Numbered from the stretch's first letter, positions 17,539 to 27,625 are shown. The stretch: DNA of 64,000 nt from an uncultured Lachnospiraceae bacterium (GCA_964628455.1 CAZVPD010000003.1:2046-66045), one strand, 5' to 3'. The notes: generated by a model from the sequence alone, not told the origin. Numbers and translations: made by a program.

Positions 17539-19230
17539 TCAGCCGCTGCCCGAACTGACTACAAAATCGATTTTGGTCGAATGTGACGGAACCTCCGAAT
17601 AAGGGGTGCGGCTCTGTGAAATTATTTTACCCTTTTCGACCGTATCCGAGGGTTCATAAGTCACCTGCCCGAGTATCAGATCGTTTGAGGTGAGTACCGA
17701 CATTGCTTTTTCCTCGGTCATTCCGGTAAAATCGGGGACCGAAATGTATTTGATATCCGGACCTTTGCTTACAAACAGTGTAACCGGATCTCCGGCAACA
17801 AGTTCGGTTCCCGCAGCGGGTTCTGTTTTGATCACATAACCGAGCTGCACGGTATCGTTGAATTCATGTGTGGTTATGGGTTTGAGATTGAGTCCGCGGA
17901 GTTCGTTCTGAACCATCCGGTATTCCAGAATCGTAAAATCGGGAAGAATAACCTTCTGCACTCCGCGGCTGACCGTAAACTTAAGGTCGCAATACTGACG
18001 GCCTGCCAGTACTTTTCGCTTTTCACCCGGTGAGGGATCCTGCTCTATGATCGTATTTTCACCGTGTTCGGAACTGTATACATATTCCGTCTCAATACGG
18101 TAATAATCAGCGCGGTCAAACTCGGCTTTGAGCTCTTCACCGTATATTTCCCCTATATAGGATTTTATTTCTATCGTTTGCGCGGTAAGGCTGCTGTCGG
18201 CATTAAACAGCATATTAAAAACATAAAAGCCGCTGATGCCTATCACAATGATAAAAGCAGCCGTAACCCCCGCAATAATGGGAAGCATGGACCGGCTTTG
18301 ATGACGGCGCTGCGTATTCTGAACCGGACGGCCGGTCTTTGGCTCCTGAGTTCCGTTTTCCGCTTCCGGCCGGCGTATCCTGAAGATATACTCCGGATTG
18401 GATTTGATCTGCGCAATATGCCGCAGCATCAGAGACGCCGACTGAAACCGCCGGTCGGGTGATTTTTCCATTGCCGAGAGTATAATTTGTTCAAGCCCCG
18501 CCGGTATAGAAGGATTTAAGTCCCGCGGACGTTTCGGAAGCGTACTTACCTGCATCAGAGCAACCGAAACAGGACTGTCCGCCGTAAACGGAAGTTTTCC
18601 CGTGGCCATTTCATACATCACTACGCCAAGCGAATACAGATCACTGCGGGGATCGATGGGTTTTCCCGACGCCTGTTCGGGGCTTATATAAAACACGGTT
18701 CCTATCGCTTTGTCGGTCATTGTTACGGTCTCGGCGTTCGGCAGTTTGGCAATTCCGAAATCCGCGACCTTTATGCGTCCGTTTTTTAAAAGCATAATAT
18801 TCTGCGGCTTGATATCGCGGTGAATGATCCCCTTTTGATGCGCATGTTCGAGTGCTTTTAATATCTGTTCCGTATAACTGATTATTTCTTTAAAATTCAG
18901 AGCGCCTTTTTTATTCATGTAATTCTTTAAAGTGATACCCTCGACCCGTTCCATGACGATATACTTTAAATTTTCTTTGACCGAAACGTCGTAAATACTC
19001 ACAATATTCGGATGAGAAAGCATTGATACCGCTTTTGACTCGTTTATAAAACGCTTAACGGACTGAACGTCATTTGCGATCTCGTCTTTCAGCATTTTTA
19101 CGGCAACAGTTCGCTTCATCACCGTATCGACCGCTTCAAAAACGACCGCCATTCCGCCTACTCCGATTATTTTGACAATTTTATAGCGCCGGTCAAAGAT
19201 CTGACCGATGTATTTGTCAAATGTGTCCAT
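17539..19230 (-). CDS. prkC: Ser/Thr protein kinase with PASTA domains
   Basis: 563 aa. Hanks kinase motifs GVGGMAVVFEA, HRDIKPQNIM, DFGIAK. One TM segment (IIAGVTAAFIIVIGISGFYVF). Three PASTA-like repeats in the C-terminal part. Confidence 0.9.
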   Translation of the reverse strand: MDTFDKYIGQIFDRRYKIVKIIGVGGMAVVFEAVDTVMKRTVAVKMLKDEIANDVQSVKRFINESKAVSMLSHPNIVSIYDVSVKENLKYIVMERVEGITLKNYMNKKGALNFKEIISYTEQILKALEHAHQKGIIHRDIKPQNIMLLKNGRIKVADFGIAKLPNAETVTMTDKAIGTVFYISPEQASGKPIDPRSDLYSLGVVMYEMATGKLPFTADSPVSVALMQVSTLPKRPRDLNPSIPAGLEQIILSAMEKSPDRRFQSASLMLRHIAQIKSNPEYIFRIRRPEAENGTQEPKTGRPVQNTQRRHQSRSMLPIIAGVTAAFIIVIGISGFYVFNMLFNADSSLTAQTIEIKSYIGEIYGEELKAEFDRADYYRIETEYVYSSEHGENTIIEQDPSPGEKRKVLAGRQYCDLKFTVSRGVQKVILPDFTILEYRMVQNELRGLNLKPITTHEFNDTVQLGYVIKTEPAAGTELVAGDPVTLFVSKGPDIKYISVPDFTGMTEEKAMSVLTSNDLILGQVTYEPSDTVEKGKIISQSRTPYSEVPSHSTKIDFVVSSGSG

Positions 19231-19281
19231 ATCAAGCTCCCTTTGCGGTATATTGAAAATCGGAAAATATACCGGTTCTAT

Positions 19282-20058
19282 TTATGCTTTAACAACAAGC
19301 GCGGTGATGTTGTCACCGCCCCCGGCCTTGTTTGCAAGGCCGATAAGTTCAGTCACTTTCGCTTCGAGCGACGCTCTGTCCTCTTCCCGTCTGTCCCGTG
19401 ACATAACGGCGTGTATCTCTTTCTCGGTTACATAATTTGTAAGTCCGTCCGAACAGAGCAGAATGTACCGGATATTTTCTGCCGACAGTTCCGCCGTGTA
19501 GACATCTGCTTCCACCGAACTATCGCTTCCTATTGCACGGGTGATGATGTTGCGGTGAGGGCTTTTCGCCGCTTCTTCGGCTGTCAGCTGTCCCATATCG
19601 ACAAGATACTGCACATAAGAATGATCGTGTGTGACTTTTTTGATTTCGGTATCGGTCAGCGTATAAAGCCGGCTGTCTCCGATGTTGACAATATATGCCT
19701 TTTTACCGAATACCAGCGCAGAGATAAGCGTGGTTCCCATCCCGGTAAGTTCGGGGTTCTCCTTCGCCATGGCGAAGACGGCGGAATTCGCCTCGGAAGC
19801 GGCTTCGGTCATAGCGGATTTTATACCGCATGCGATGTTTTCGCCGGAAAGGTCCTGCAGGAGGCCCGGGATGCTGCGGGTTATGCTCTCGGAAAAAACC
19901 TTGCTTGCGGTTTGGGCTGCGATATTACCGCCGGCGGCTCCGCCCATACCGTCGCAAACGACCGTCAGCAGAATATCCTCTCTCAGTTCGATAACGGTAA
20001 AGCAGTCCTGATTTGCGGAACGCTTTCTGCCCGTATCGCTTTTACCGAAGTATAACAT
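19282..20058 (-). CDS. prpC: PP2C-family Ser/Thr phosphatase (Stp/PrpC)
   Basis: 258 aa. Contains GKSDTGRKRSANQD, VCDGMGG, LLCSDGL, GGGDNITA. Conserved position between rlmN and prkC. Confidence 0.9.
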   Translation of the reverse strand: MLYFGKSDTGRKRSANQDCFTVIELREDILLTVVCDGMGGAAGGNIAAQTASKVFSESITRSIPGLLQDLSGENIACGIKSAMTEAASEANSAVFAMAKENPELTGMGTTLISALVFGKKAYIVNIGDSRLYTLTDTEIKKVTHDHSYVQYLVDMGQLTAEEAAKSPHRNIITRAIGSDSSVEADVYTAELSAENIRYILLCSDGLTNYVTEKEIHAVMSRDRREEDRASLEAKVTELIGLANKAGGGDNITALVVKA

Positions 20059-20134
20059 GAATGCTTACCCCCTGAAATACCGTTTTATAATAAAGCGGTG
20101 GAAAGGTGTTTGTAGCTTTATATCTGTTTATTGT

Positions 20135-21199
20135 TTACTGTTGTCCGGGCTGATCCTGATCGGTTCTTCTTTCGGCGGTTCGGGCACGCAGCTGTCCGCA
20201 GGAAGCACTTATATCGGGACCGAGGTTCCTGCGGATCGTGGCATTGACCCGAAGGCCTTCAAGTTCCCTTGCAAAACGGGCTGCCGCATCGCTTCTGACA
20301 TAACTGCGCCCTTCAACTTCATTCAGCGAAATAAGATTGACATGAAAAGGAGCGGTCCTTCCGAAAAAGCCGTGAAGCAGGGATGCCAGCCGTTTGGCAT
20401 GAACCGGCGTGTCATTTAACCCGGCAATCAGTGTATATTCAAAAGAAATCCGCCGTCCGGTTTTATCGAAATACGTCCGGCAGGCTCTGAGCAGCGCTTC
20501 GAGATTCCACTTGTTGTTGACCGGCATCAGCGCGCTGCGCTCTTCATCGGAAGAAGCATGAAGCGACACCGAAAGCGTTATCTGTAAATCCTCTTCGGCA
20601 AGCCTGTATATTTTATCTGCCAGCCCGCATGTGGAAAGCGAGATACGCCGGCAGCTGATGTTTAAACCGTCTTCCGCCGAAACAGATCTGATAAAACGCA
20701 CTACATTGTCATAATTATCAAGAGGTTCGCCGATCCCCATCAGAACGATCCCGTCGATACGTTCTCCCGTATCTTTTTGCGCCGCGATTACCTGTCCGAG
20801 CATCTCGGACACTTCCAGATTGCGCGCGGTCCCGCCTGTGTTTGAAGCACAAAAACGGCAGCCCATACGACAGCCCGCCTGACTTGATACACATATCGTA
20901 TTACCGTGACGATAGCGCATGACTACGCTTTCTATCATCTCGCCGTCTGCCAGACGAAAGAGATATTTTACGGTGCCGTCAACCGATGAAACCAGTTTCA
21001 ATTCGGTTTGAGGCAGGTTCAATGTTGCGCGTTCGCTTAATTTCTCACGCAGATTCAAAGGCAGGTTTGTCATTCCGTCAAAATCCGTGCCGCGCCACGC
21101 CCATTCGATGATTTGGCCGGCACGCCACGCGGGCTCGCCGAGTTCCGCGAGCAGTTCGGTGACGGCGTTCCTGCCCATGCTTAAAATATCCGTTTTCAT
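20135..21199 (-). CDS. rlmN: 23S rRNA/tRNA (adenine-C2)-methyltransferase RlmN (radical SAM)
   Basis: 354 aa. Radical-SAM CRMGCRFCAS, GIGEPLDN and SASCGQL near the C terminus. Confidence 0.9.
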   Translation of the reverse strand: MKTDILSMGRNAVTELLAELGEPAWRAGQIIEWAWRGTDFDGMTNLPLNLREKLSERATLNLPQTELKLVSSVDGTVKYLFRLADGEMIESVVMRYRHGNTICVSSQAGCRMGCRFCASNTGGTARNLEVSEMLGQVIAAQKDTGERIDGIVLMGIGEPLDNYDNVVRFIRSVSAEDGLNISCRRISLSTCGLADKIYRLAEEDLQITLSVSLHASSDEERSALMPVNNKWNLEALLRACRTYFDKTGRRISFEYTLIAGLNDTPVHAKRLASLLHGFFGRTAPFHVNLISLNEVEGRSYVRSDAAARFARELEGLRVNATIRRNLGPDISASCGQLRARTAERRTDQDQPGQQ

Positions 21200-21278
21200 A
21201 TAAAAAGATTATATCATAAAACAAATTAAATTGCAACGATATAGATTGTTACGCTTATGTAAATTTAATAAGCGTTTT

Positions 21279-21833
21279 TCAACTGTCCAGGATCACCTTT
21301 TGCGCCTTATGTCCGGTGTGTCGGAGAAAAACATCCAGCAGGTCGGCGGTTTTGATTTTAAGACTGGTGGTGTTGGCACACGGATGACATCCGATATATG
21401 CACCTGCATAAAGTTCGGAATCGATGCATAGTGTAACGCGGCGTCCGGTATCGAAGGCGAGTCCGAGCACGGATAGCGATCCCGGACCGACCCCGAGCAA
21501 ACGATTCATATCTTCGCCGCCGGCAAACGAAAGTCTCGCCAAACCAAGCTGAGAGGACAGGTTCTTTGTGCTGAAGCGCTTGTTGCCGGGCAGCATCAAA
21601 AAATAGAATCCGGTCTGTTGTCTGTTGCATAAAAACAGGTTTTTGCACATCCGGACGCCGAGGAACGCGTCCACTTCTTCGCAGTCACCGATTGTCATTG
21701 CGGCGCCGTGGTCGATCCTCACATATTCGATTTTTAATTTCCCGAGTAAATCGTAGGTCTTGTTTTCGGCGGGAGAACGGATTTCATCGGGCCTGTCGGT
21801 AAACAGGACAGGGTTGATATAGATAGAACCCAT
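21279..21833 (-). CDS. YbaK/ProX-type aminoacyl-tRNA editing domain protein
   Basis: 184 aa, GAGGAA RBS. CKNLFLCNRQQTGFYFLMLPGNKRFSTKNLSSQLG...LSFA and GSLSVLGL are typical of prolyl-tRNA synthetase-associated domain proteins. Confidence 0.65.
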   Translation of the reverse strand: MGSIYINPVLFTDRPDEIRSPAENKTYDLLGKLKIEYVRIDHGAAMTIGDCEEVDAFLGVRMCKNLFLCNRQQTGFYFLMLPGNKRFSTKNLSSQLGLARLSFAGGEDMNRLLGVGPGSLSVLGLAFDTGRRVTLCIDSELYAGAYIGCHPCANTTSLKIKTADLLDVFLRHTGHKAQKVILDS

Positions 21834-22366
21834 AAAAAAAATTCCTCAAGATGTTTTTTGTTTTTCGGTTTCATTTTTTTTATACCTGTGTTATAATTGA
21901 CGCAGTCTGAAAAACAAGGGAATCGATATCCATGAAATCAGGAACTTAAAAGAGGATTTATACGGTTTGGTTATTCCGATTATGAATGCCGCGGCGGGTT
22001 CCGGTCTGAAATATTTCGGACTCAATGGCCGCAATCTGCCGACTGACAGACATACGGAACCGCTTCGGGAAGATGCCGCTCCTCTTTTTAATTGATTGCA
22101 TTCCATCAGCCCGATCCGATAAAAAAGCGGAGCGGAAACTCCGTAAGCAGGAGAGGAAACGGCAGAGTCCGCAAACTCTTTCTGCCTATGTCGGACAATC
22201 CGCGCTACGCGGTTTTCAGGGATTCGGATGGTTTTGAATACAGCAAAGCGAATGACGAAATAACCGTATACTATGAGGATCATTTCGGCTCCGCGGTTTT
22301 TGTCTGTCCGTGAAAATATGATCCGTTGGGTATAAATCAACAGAAAGAAATGTAAACAAACGATTT

Positions 22367-23278
22367 ATGAAAAAACTTGCTGGAACTTTCTTCGTCCTTG
22401 CAGCCGGGTGCCTCTGGGGTACGGTAGGCATCTTTGTCCGCAGACTTTCCGAAACCGGCATGACCTCCATACAGATCGCGGCTGTGCGGATTTTTGTCAC
22501 GGCGATTGTTTTGTCTTCGGGGCTCCTGCTTTTTAACAGGAGGCTTCTTCGTATCCGCTTTCGTCATATCTGGTGCTTTCTCGGAACAGGACTGGTCAGC
22601 ATCGTGGTTTTTACATACTGCTATTTCCGGACGATAGAAGAGGTATCTCTTTCCGCAGCTGCGGTTCTGCTTTATATGGCTCCGGCCATGGTCATGCTGA
22701 TGAGTGCGCTTTTGTTCCGCGAAAAAATTACATTGATTAAAACAGCCGCCTGCCTTCTGGCACTGGGTGGCTGTGTTCTCGTCACCGGAATCATAGGCAG
22801 CGGAGACAGAATACCTGCCGCCGCCATCATCAGCGGACTGTTATCGGCTCTGGGTTACGCTCTGTACAGCATTTTCGGACGATACGCTATAAATTACGGA
22901 TATCACCCGCTCACTATTGCCTCTTATACTTTTATCTTTGCCTGTTTGGGAATACTGCCGCTGTTCGGACTGCGGGATTTTACAACAAAAATCGTTTCAG
23001 GTGACCTTTTGCCCGATATCTCCCGGATATTGTACGGTATACTGTTCGGTCTGATTACCGCGGCCCTGCCGTATGTGCTCTATACGGCAGGCCTTGCAAA
23101 AACAGAATCGGGCAGGGCTTCTGTCATGGCTTCGGTGGAACCTGTAGTCGCAACCCTTGCAGGCGCTGCGGTTTTCGGTGAAAAACTCACACCGGAGGGT
23201 GTGGCCGGCATAATGCTTGTAGTTTTCGCGGTGATCCTGATGAACGTCAAAAACAAAGCACGCAATAAAAAACTATAA
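22367..23278 (+). CDS. EamA/DMT superfamily transporter
   Basis: 303 aa, about 10 predicted TM segments in two EamA halves. Weak RBS. Confidence 0.8.
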   Translation: MKKLAGTFFVLAAGCLWGTVGIFVRRLSETGMTSIQIAAVRIFVTAIVLSSGLLLFNRRLLRIRFRHIWCFLGTGLVSIVVFTYCYFRTIEEVSLSAAAVLLYMAPAMVMLMSALLFREKITLIKTAACLLALGGCVLVTGIIGSGDRIPAAAIISGLLSALGYALYSIFGRYAINYGYHPLTIASYTFIFACLGILPLFGLRDFTTKIVSGDLLPDISRILYGILFGLITAALPYVLYTAGLAKTESGRASVMASVEPVVATLAGAAVFGEKLTPEGVAGIMLVVFAVILMNVKNKARNKKL

Positions 23279-23300
23279 TAAAAAAAGCGGGGAATCGCAT

Positions 23301-24353
23301 ATGATCATGTTTAACTGCGACTATAACGAAGGCGCCCATCCGGATATACTCTCCCGGCTTTCCGAAACCAATTACGAACAGACTCCCGGTTACGGAGAAG
23401 ACGTGCACTGTGAACTCGCGCGCTCCTATATAAAAAGGGAATGCGGACGGGAAGACATCGACATACATTTTCTTGTGGGGGGAACTCAGGTCAATCTGAC
23501 CGTTATATCAGCCGCTCTGCGCCCCCATCAGGGAGTCCTTTGCGCCGCGACAGGCCATATCAATGTTCACGAAAGCGGAGCCGTCGAGGCGACAGGCCAC
23601 AAAGTGTTGTCCCTTCCGACATATGACGGCAAAATAACCGCAGGTCAGATAAAAAAAGCCTGTGAAGCTCATCGGAAAGACGAGGCGAGAGAACATATCG
23701 TCCTGCCGAAAATGGTTTATATTTCTTTTCCGACCGAACTGGGCACAATCTATTCAAAAGCGGAACTTAACGCAATAAGCGAGGTCTGCCGGAACTTCGG
23801 GTTGTATCTTTATCTGGACGGCGCCCGTCTGGGCTACGGACTAGCTTCCTCCGAAAACGACCTTACTCTTTCCGATATTGCACGGCTTTGCGATGTTTTT
23901 ACGATCGGCGGCACCAAGGTCGGGGCGCTTTTCGGTGAAGCGGCAGTCATAACCGTTCCGTTTTTAAAAGAGGATTTCCGTTACATCATAAAACAGAAGG
24001 GGGGACTGCTCGCTAAAGGACGGCTGCTGGGCATACAGTTTGAAACACTGTTTGAAAACGGATTATATAAAAGCATATCCGCACATGCGGTCCGCCTGTC
24101 GGATATGATCCGCAATACCCTCCGCAGCCTCGGGATACGTTTTTTAGCAGACTCTCCGACAAACCAGCTTTTCCCTGTATTTCCCGACGACATCCTGAGC
24201 AGCCTGAACAAAAAATATATTTTCAGCCATATTGAATCGCTGGACGGAGAAACGGCGGTCCGCATCTGTACAAGCTGGGCTACGCGCCGTGATGACGCCG
24301 AAGCGCTTATTTCGGACATCCGCGCCGCATACGGCGAAAAAAGCGTCCTTTGA
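23301..24353 (+). CDS. threonine aldolase-like PLP enzyme (beta-eliminating lyase family)
   Basis: 350 aa. Contains FNCDYNEGAHPDIL, VGGTQVNL, LDGARL and GGTKVGALFGEA (PLP Lys region). Confidence 0.7.
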   Translation: MIMFNCDYNEGAHPDILSRLSETNYEQTPGYGEDVHCELARSYIKRECGREDIDIHFLVGGTQVNLTVISAALRPHQGVLCAATGHINVHESGAVEATGHKVLSLPTYDGKITAGQIKKACEAHRKDEAREHIVLPKMVYISFPTELGTIYSKAELNAISEVCRNFGLYLYLDGARLGYGLASSENDLTLSDIARLCDVFTIGGTKVGALFGEAAVITVPFLKEDFRYIIKQKGGLLAKGRLLGIQFETLFENGLYKSISAHAVRLSDMIRNTLRSLGIRFLADSPTNQLFPVFPDDILSSLNKKYIFSHIESLDGETAVRICTSWATRRDDAEALISDIRAAYGEKSVL

Positions 24354-24367
24354 TTTTTATGACTATT

Positions 24368-24411
24368 AAAAAAGACGGCGACGAACGCAGCCCGTTCTCC
24401 GCCGTCTTTTT
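24368..24411. terminator. bidirectional rho-independent terminator
   Basis: AGACGGCG...CGCCGTCT outer stem with additional inner pairing. Flanked by an A-run (24368-24372) and a T-run (24407-24411), between convergent genes. Confidence 0.7.
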
Positions 24412-24425
24412 ATATGCCGCTTATT

Positions 24426-25178
24426 TCAAGGGCGTTTCGCAAATCTGTAGATAAAAAGCAGGGCCGTTACAACAGCCGAACCGGCGCCGATAACCACGGC
24501 GCTGCGTGCGGTAAGTTCCGGTCCGGAACCTGCCGCTGAACCGGCCGTCTCTTCCGTTACGGTGACAGCCGTTTCGGCAGATGAGGTTTCGGGTTCGGCA
24601 GTGCCGGCCGTATCAGCCCCGGTTTCGGCAGCCGTCGCGGCAAATGCCGCCGTCGTGACCGCGTTTGCCGCAGACGTCTGCGCCGGAACCGCAGCCGGAG
24701 CCGCTTTTTGGGGCTTAATGGTTTCGGGTGGGTTTAGTGCTACGGTCACCCTCGCCACACCCTTATCCTGAGGTTCTCTCAGGATGATCAAAGGCGCACG
24801 GGTTTCCTGCCAGATGGTTTCGGGAGGCGGAACGGTTTCACGAGCGGTCTCCGGTTCGGTAACTCCGGCTGTCGTTTCGGCCGGAACCGGTACGGTCGTT
24901 TCGGCCGGAGGAACGGTCACCGGTTCGGTTTCCGCCGTTTCTCCGGTGGTTTCCTCAACGGGCGGCAGCAGAGTCGTTTCCGGCTCCGTTTCGGTTTCCG
25001 TTTCGGTTTCCTGTTCTGTCGTTGTCTCGGGTTTCGGTATGTCAATGACCTTGACCGTTGTTTCCGGTTCGGTTTCGGCCGGCGGAGGGACGTCCTGCTC
25101 GGCGCTTATGCGAACATAGGACATTGTATAAAGCACAATCAGGATAGAAAGCAAAAATACTGAGGCTGTTTTTTTCAT
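24426..25178 (-). CDS. secreted/anchored T-E-P-rich low-complexity protein
   Basis: 250 aa. N-terminal signal-like MKKTASVFLLSILIVLYTM. A long ETEPETT/PAETT-rich region. C-terminal hydrophobic segment plus basic tail (VVTALLFIYRFAKRP). Confidence 0.6.
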   Translation of the reverse strand: MKKTASVFLLSILIVLYTMSYVRISAEQDVPPPAETEPETTVKVIDIPKPETTTEQETETETETEPETTLLPPVEETTGETAETEPVTVPPAETTVPVPAETTAGVTEPETARETVPPPETIWQETRAPLIILREPQDKGVARVTVALNPPETIKPQKAAPAAVPAQTSAANAVTTAAFAATAAETGADTAGTAEPETSSAETAVTVTEETAGSAAGSGPELTARSAVVIGAGSAVVTALLFIYRFAKRP

Positions 25179-25260
25179 AATATGAGTTTCATTCCTGTCG
25201 GATATTCGTTGTGATTGAACCGCGTATTATAAATACCGACAAAAACCGCTGCTCTGTCGG

Positions 25261-26322
25261 TTATATTTCGTATATGCGCGGGTCATCTATACGGACGCGC
25301 TTTCCTTCTCTTGCAGAGAGGTAACAGGCGAGAACCATACGGAGCGAGTCGCGGCCTTCATATACGGAACAGATCGGGCCTCTTCTGCCGAACAGAAAAT
25401 CCGCAAAAGGCTGTGCCTGGGCACCAAGCCGCTCGCCGTGACCCGCAGGACTCGGTATACCGCTGTCCGTCCATATGCTGTTTCCCTCAACGAACCATTT
25501 AAGTCCTGCCTGCCCTTCGGCGCGGGGGAGGCGCGTGCCGGGACCGTCGCCGTAATACTGTTGAATCGAGCCTTTGCCTCCGTATACTTCGGTGGTTATC
25601 TCGGAAGCGGAACAGGAAAACGGGCAGGATATTTCGGCAATCATGCCGTTTGCGTATTTGTACAGGGCGATACCGTTGTCATTGGGAACGTCGGGTGAGT
25701 GCATAGTTGAAAGCTCCGCGCTGACGGTTTCCGGAACTCCGAAAATCCAGTTAAGCATATCTATCGGATGTGACGAATCGTCGGCGAAAATATCACGGTT
25801 ATATTTCGGATTGTTGTGCCATGTGTCTTTGAAACCGCCCCATGTATGCGTCGAAAGCCCGTGACGGCGGCGATACATATAGATACCGCCGATTTCCCCG
25901 GAACCGATGAGTTCTTTTATTTTGATATTCTGAGGGTCGACTCTCATCTGAAAGCCCATTGTAAAAGGAACCTTGTATTTTTCGACCGCAGCTACGATTC
26001 TGTCGGCCTGCGCTAAAGTCAGCGCCATCGGTTTATAACAGATGATGGCTTTTCCTGCCGCTGCCGCAGCTTCCGCGAGTTCGGCATGAAAAAGAGTTTC
26101 GGATGAAATAACGACCGCATCGATGTCCATCGAGAGCAGCTCTTCGGCCGACGCCGCCTTTGCTATTCCTCCCAGCTGCGCCGCGCAGTTTGTAAGTCTT
26201 GCTTCGTCATGATCCCAGCCGGCGGCTATCCTGACGCCCATTTCCGGATTGCGAACCCATGCTCCGCCGTATGCCATGACATGACCGTGCGCGAAGCCCA
26301 GAACACCTACATTTTTAGTCAT
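25261..26322 (-). CDS. Gfo/Idh/MocA family oxidoreductase
   Basis: 353 aa. Contains MTKNVGVLGFAHGH and ICYKPMALTL. AGAGG RBS. Confidence 0.85.
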   Translation of the reverse strand: MTKNVGVLGFAHGHVMAYGGAWVRNPEMGVRIAAGWDHDEARLTNCAAQLGGIAKAASAEELLSMDIDAVVISSETLFHAELAEAAAAAGKAIICYKPMALTLAQADRIVAAVEKYKVPFTMGFQMRVDPQNIKIKELIGSGEIGGIYMYRRRHGLSTHTWGGFKDTWHNNPKYNRDIFADDSSHPIDMLNWIFGVPETVSAELSTMHSPDVPNDNGIALYKYANGMIAEISCPFSCSASEITTEVYGGKGSIQQYYGDGPGTRLPRAEGQAGLKWFVEGNSIWTDSGIPSPAGHGERLGAQAQPFADFLFGRRGPICSVYEGRDSLRMVLACYLSAREGKRVRIDDPRIYEI

Positions 26323-26617
26323 TTCAAATACCTCTTTTAGTTTTTTTATATGGAAGGATATACTTTACTTCATCGGATATTTCCTCTTCCGAATAAACAT
26401 TATACATTATATATGCGGATGTTGTTTACCAAAATGTTAATTTATATTGAATTCGGTTTTTTTAGCGGTAAACGCCGTTTATATAATCCGATATTAATAT
26501 TATTCCCTTGATATTTAAAAAAACCGGTGATATAATCGTATATTATATATTATATATCAAAAATCCGATATCAGGATATCCCCAAAGAAATTTATATGAC
26601 GGAAGGTATTCGCTTTC

Positions 26618-27457
26618 ATGGAAACCGAAACAAAAAAGTCTGCTGCTCCAAAGCTGTTTTTCATCCTGACTTTATTGGCATCAGCGGCGGCGGCGCTGAT
26701 ACAGGCATTTCTTTTTACCTCGAATTATGACGAAAAGCTCAATCTTTATCATACAGGCACTTTTTTACCCTTGGTTTTTTATATTGCCGTATTTGCTGCT
26801 GCGCTTTTCTGCGCCTCTTCCTATTTTATAACGAAAAACAACACCGTCATGAAAATACTGCCCGCTCCCGGCCGTTTTGTTGTCTTCACTGCGATATTGG
26901 GCGGATTACAACTCGGTGCAGCTGTTCTGTTTAATATATACTACTATGTGACGGGAGTATATTCCGGTATGACATCTCTGCGCGCCGCTGTTTTTATAAC
27001 CGCCGTTCCGGCAGCCGTTTATTTTATAATCACGGCGCTGACCGGAAATCCGAAAAAAAACATACTTATAATATGCGGATTTTTTACCGTGATCTGGGCG
27101 GCGCTTTACCTCATGTGTATTTATTTCGACATGTCGTCTCCCTTAAACAGCCCTGTGCGTATCCTGAATCAGCTTTCGCTGATTACGGTTATGCTTTATT
27201 TTATATTTGAATTGCGATATCTGCTCGATAAGCCCCGGCCGCGCTTTTATCTGCCGGCATCGCTGCTCGCAATCCTTTTCATCTCGCTGTCTTCCGTTTC
27301 CGACCTGATCCTGACTTTTACCGGATTCCGTTCTTCCACGCAGGACACCGTATTCCGTATAGCCGAAGCTGCCATCATGCTTTATATCACCGCCCGGCTC
27401 AGCAGCGTTTTGATGAACCGGAAAACACCTCCGGCGGAGCAGCGCCTGGAAGAATGA
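26618..27457 (+). CDS. hypothetical multi-pass membrane protein
   Basis: 279 aa, GGAAGG RBS, about 7 hydrophobic segments. No family motif recognised, including no ABC permease EAA loop. Confidence 0.55.
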   Translation: METETKKSAAPKLFFILTLLASAAAALIQAFLFTSNYDEKLNLYHTGTFLPLVFYIAVFAAALFCASSYFITKNNTVMKILPAPGRFVVFTAILGGLQLGAAVLFNIYYYVTGVYSGMTSLRAAVFITAVPAAVYFIITALTGNPKKNILIICGFFTVIWAALYLMCIYFDMSSPLNSPVRILNQLSLITVMLYFIFELRYLLDKPRPRFYLPASLLAILFISLSSVSDLILTFTGFRSSTQDTVFRIAEAAIMLYITARLSSVLMNRKTPPAEQRLEE

Positions 27458-27507
27458 CCGGAACGTCCGGACCCGGAATACATATCACCCGCTTTATATA
27501 GAATAAC

Positions 27508-27547
27508 AAAAAACCGACTGCAGTGCTCTTTTCGCAGTCGGCTTTTT
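27508..27547. terminator. bidirectional rho-independent terminator
   Basis: CCGACTGC-agtgctcttttc-GCAGTCGG 8-bp stem flanked by an A-run and a T-run, between convergent genes. Confidence 0.7.
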
Positions 27548-27625
27548 ATCATATTTCATCGTGCATGCCGACGGTTTTCTGCTCCCGGATCCCGGCAGAT
27601 CACGCGAATCCGTTTTACTCAATCT

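Noticed and set aside
22188-22313. 41-codon ORF MSDNPRYAVFRDSDGFEYSKANDEITVYYEDHFGSAVFVCP in the long intergenic region
   Set aside because: The composition is protein-like, but there is no RBS within 25 nt of the ATG, in a genome where nearly every gene has a strong AGGAG-type RBS. It is kept only as part of the intergenic-region finding.
24780-25120. Apparent nucleotide tandem repeats (gtttcggtttcc units)
   Set aside because: They are the antisense image of the ETETETE/EPETT low-complexity coding sequence. This is not a non-coding repeat or a CRISPR-like array.
24426-25178. LPxTG sortase substrate call for the T/E/P-rich protein
   Set aside because: There is no LPxTG, SPxTG or NPxTN motif before the C-terminal hydrophobic segment. 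The closest match is GPELTA. It was left as a generic anchored protein.
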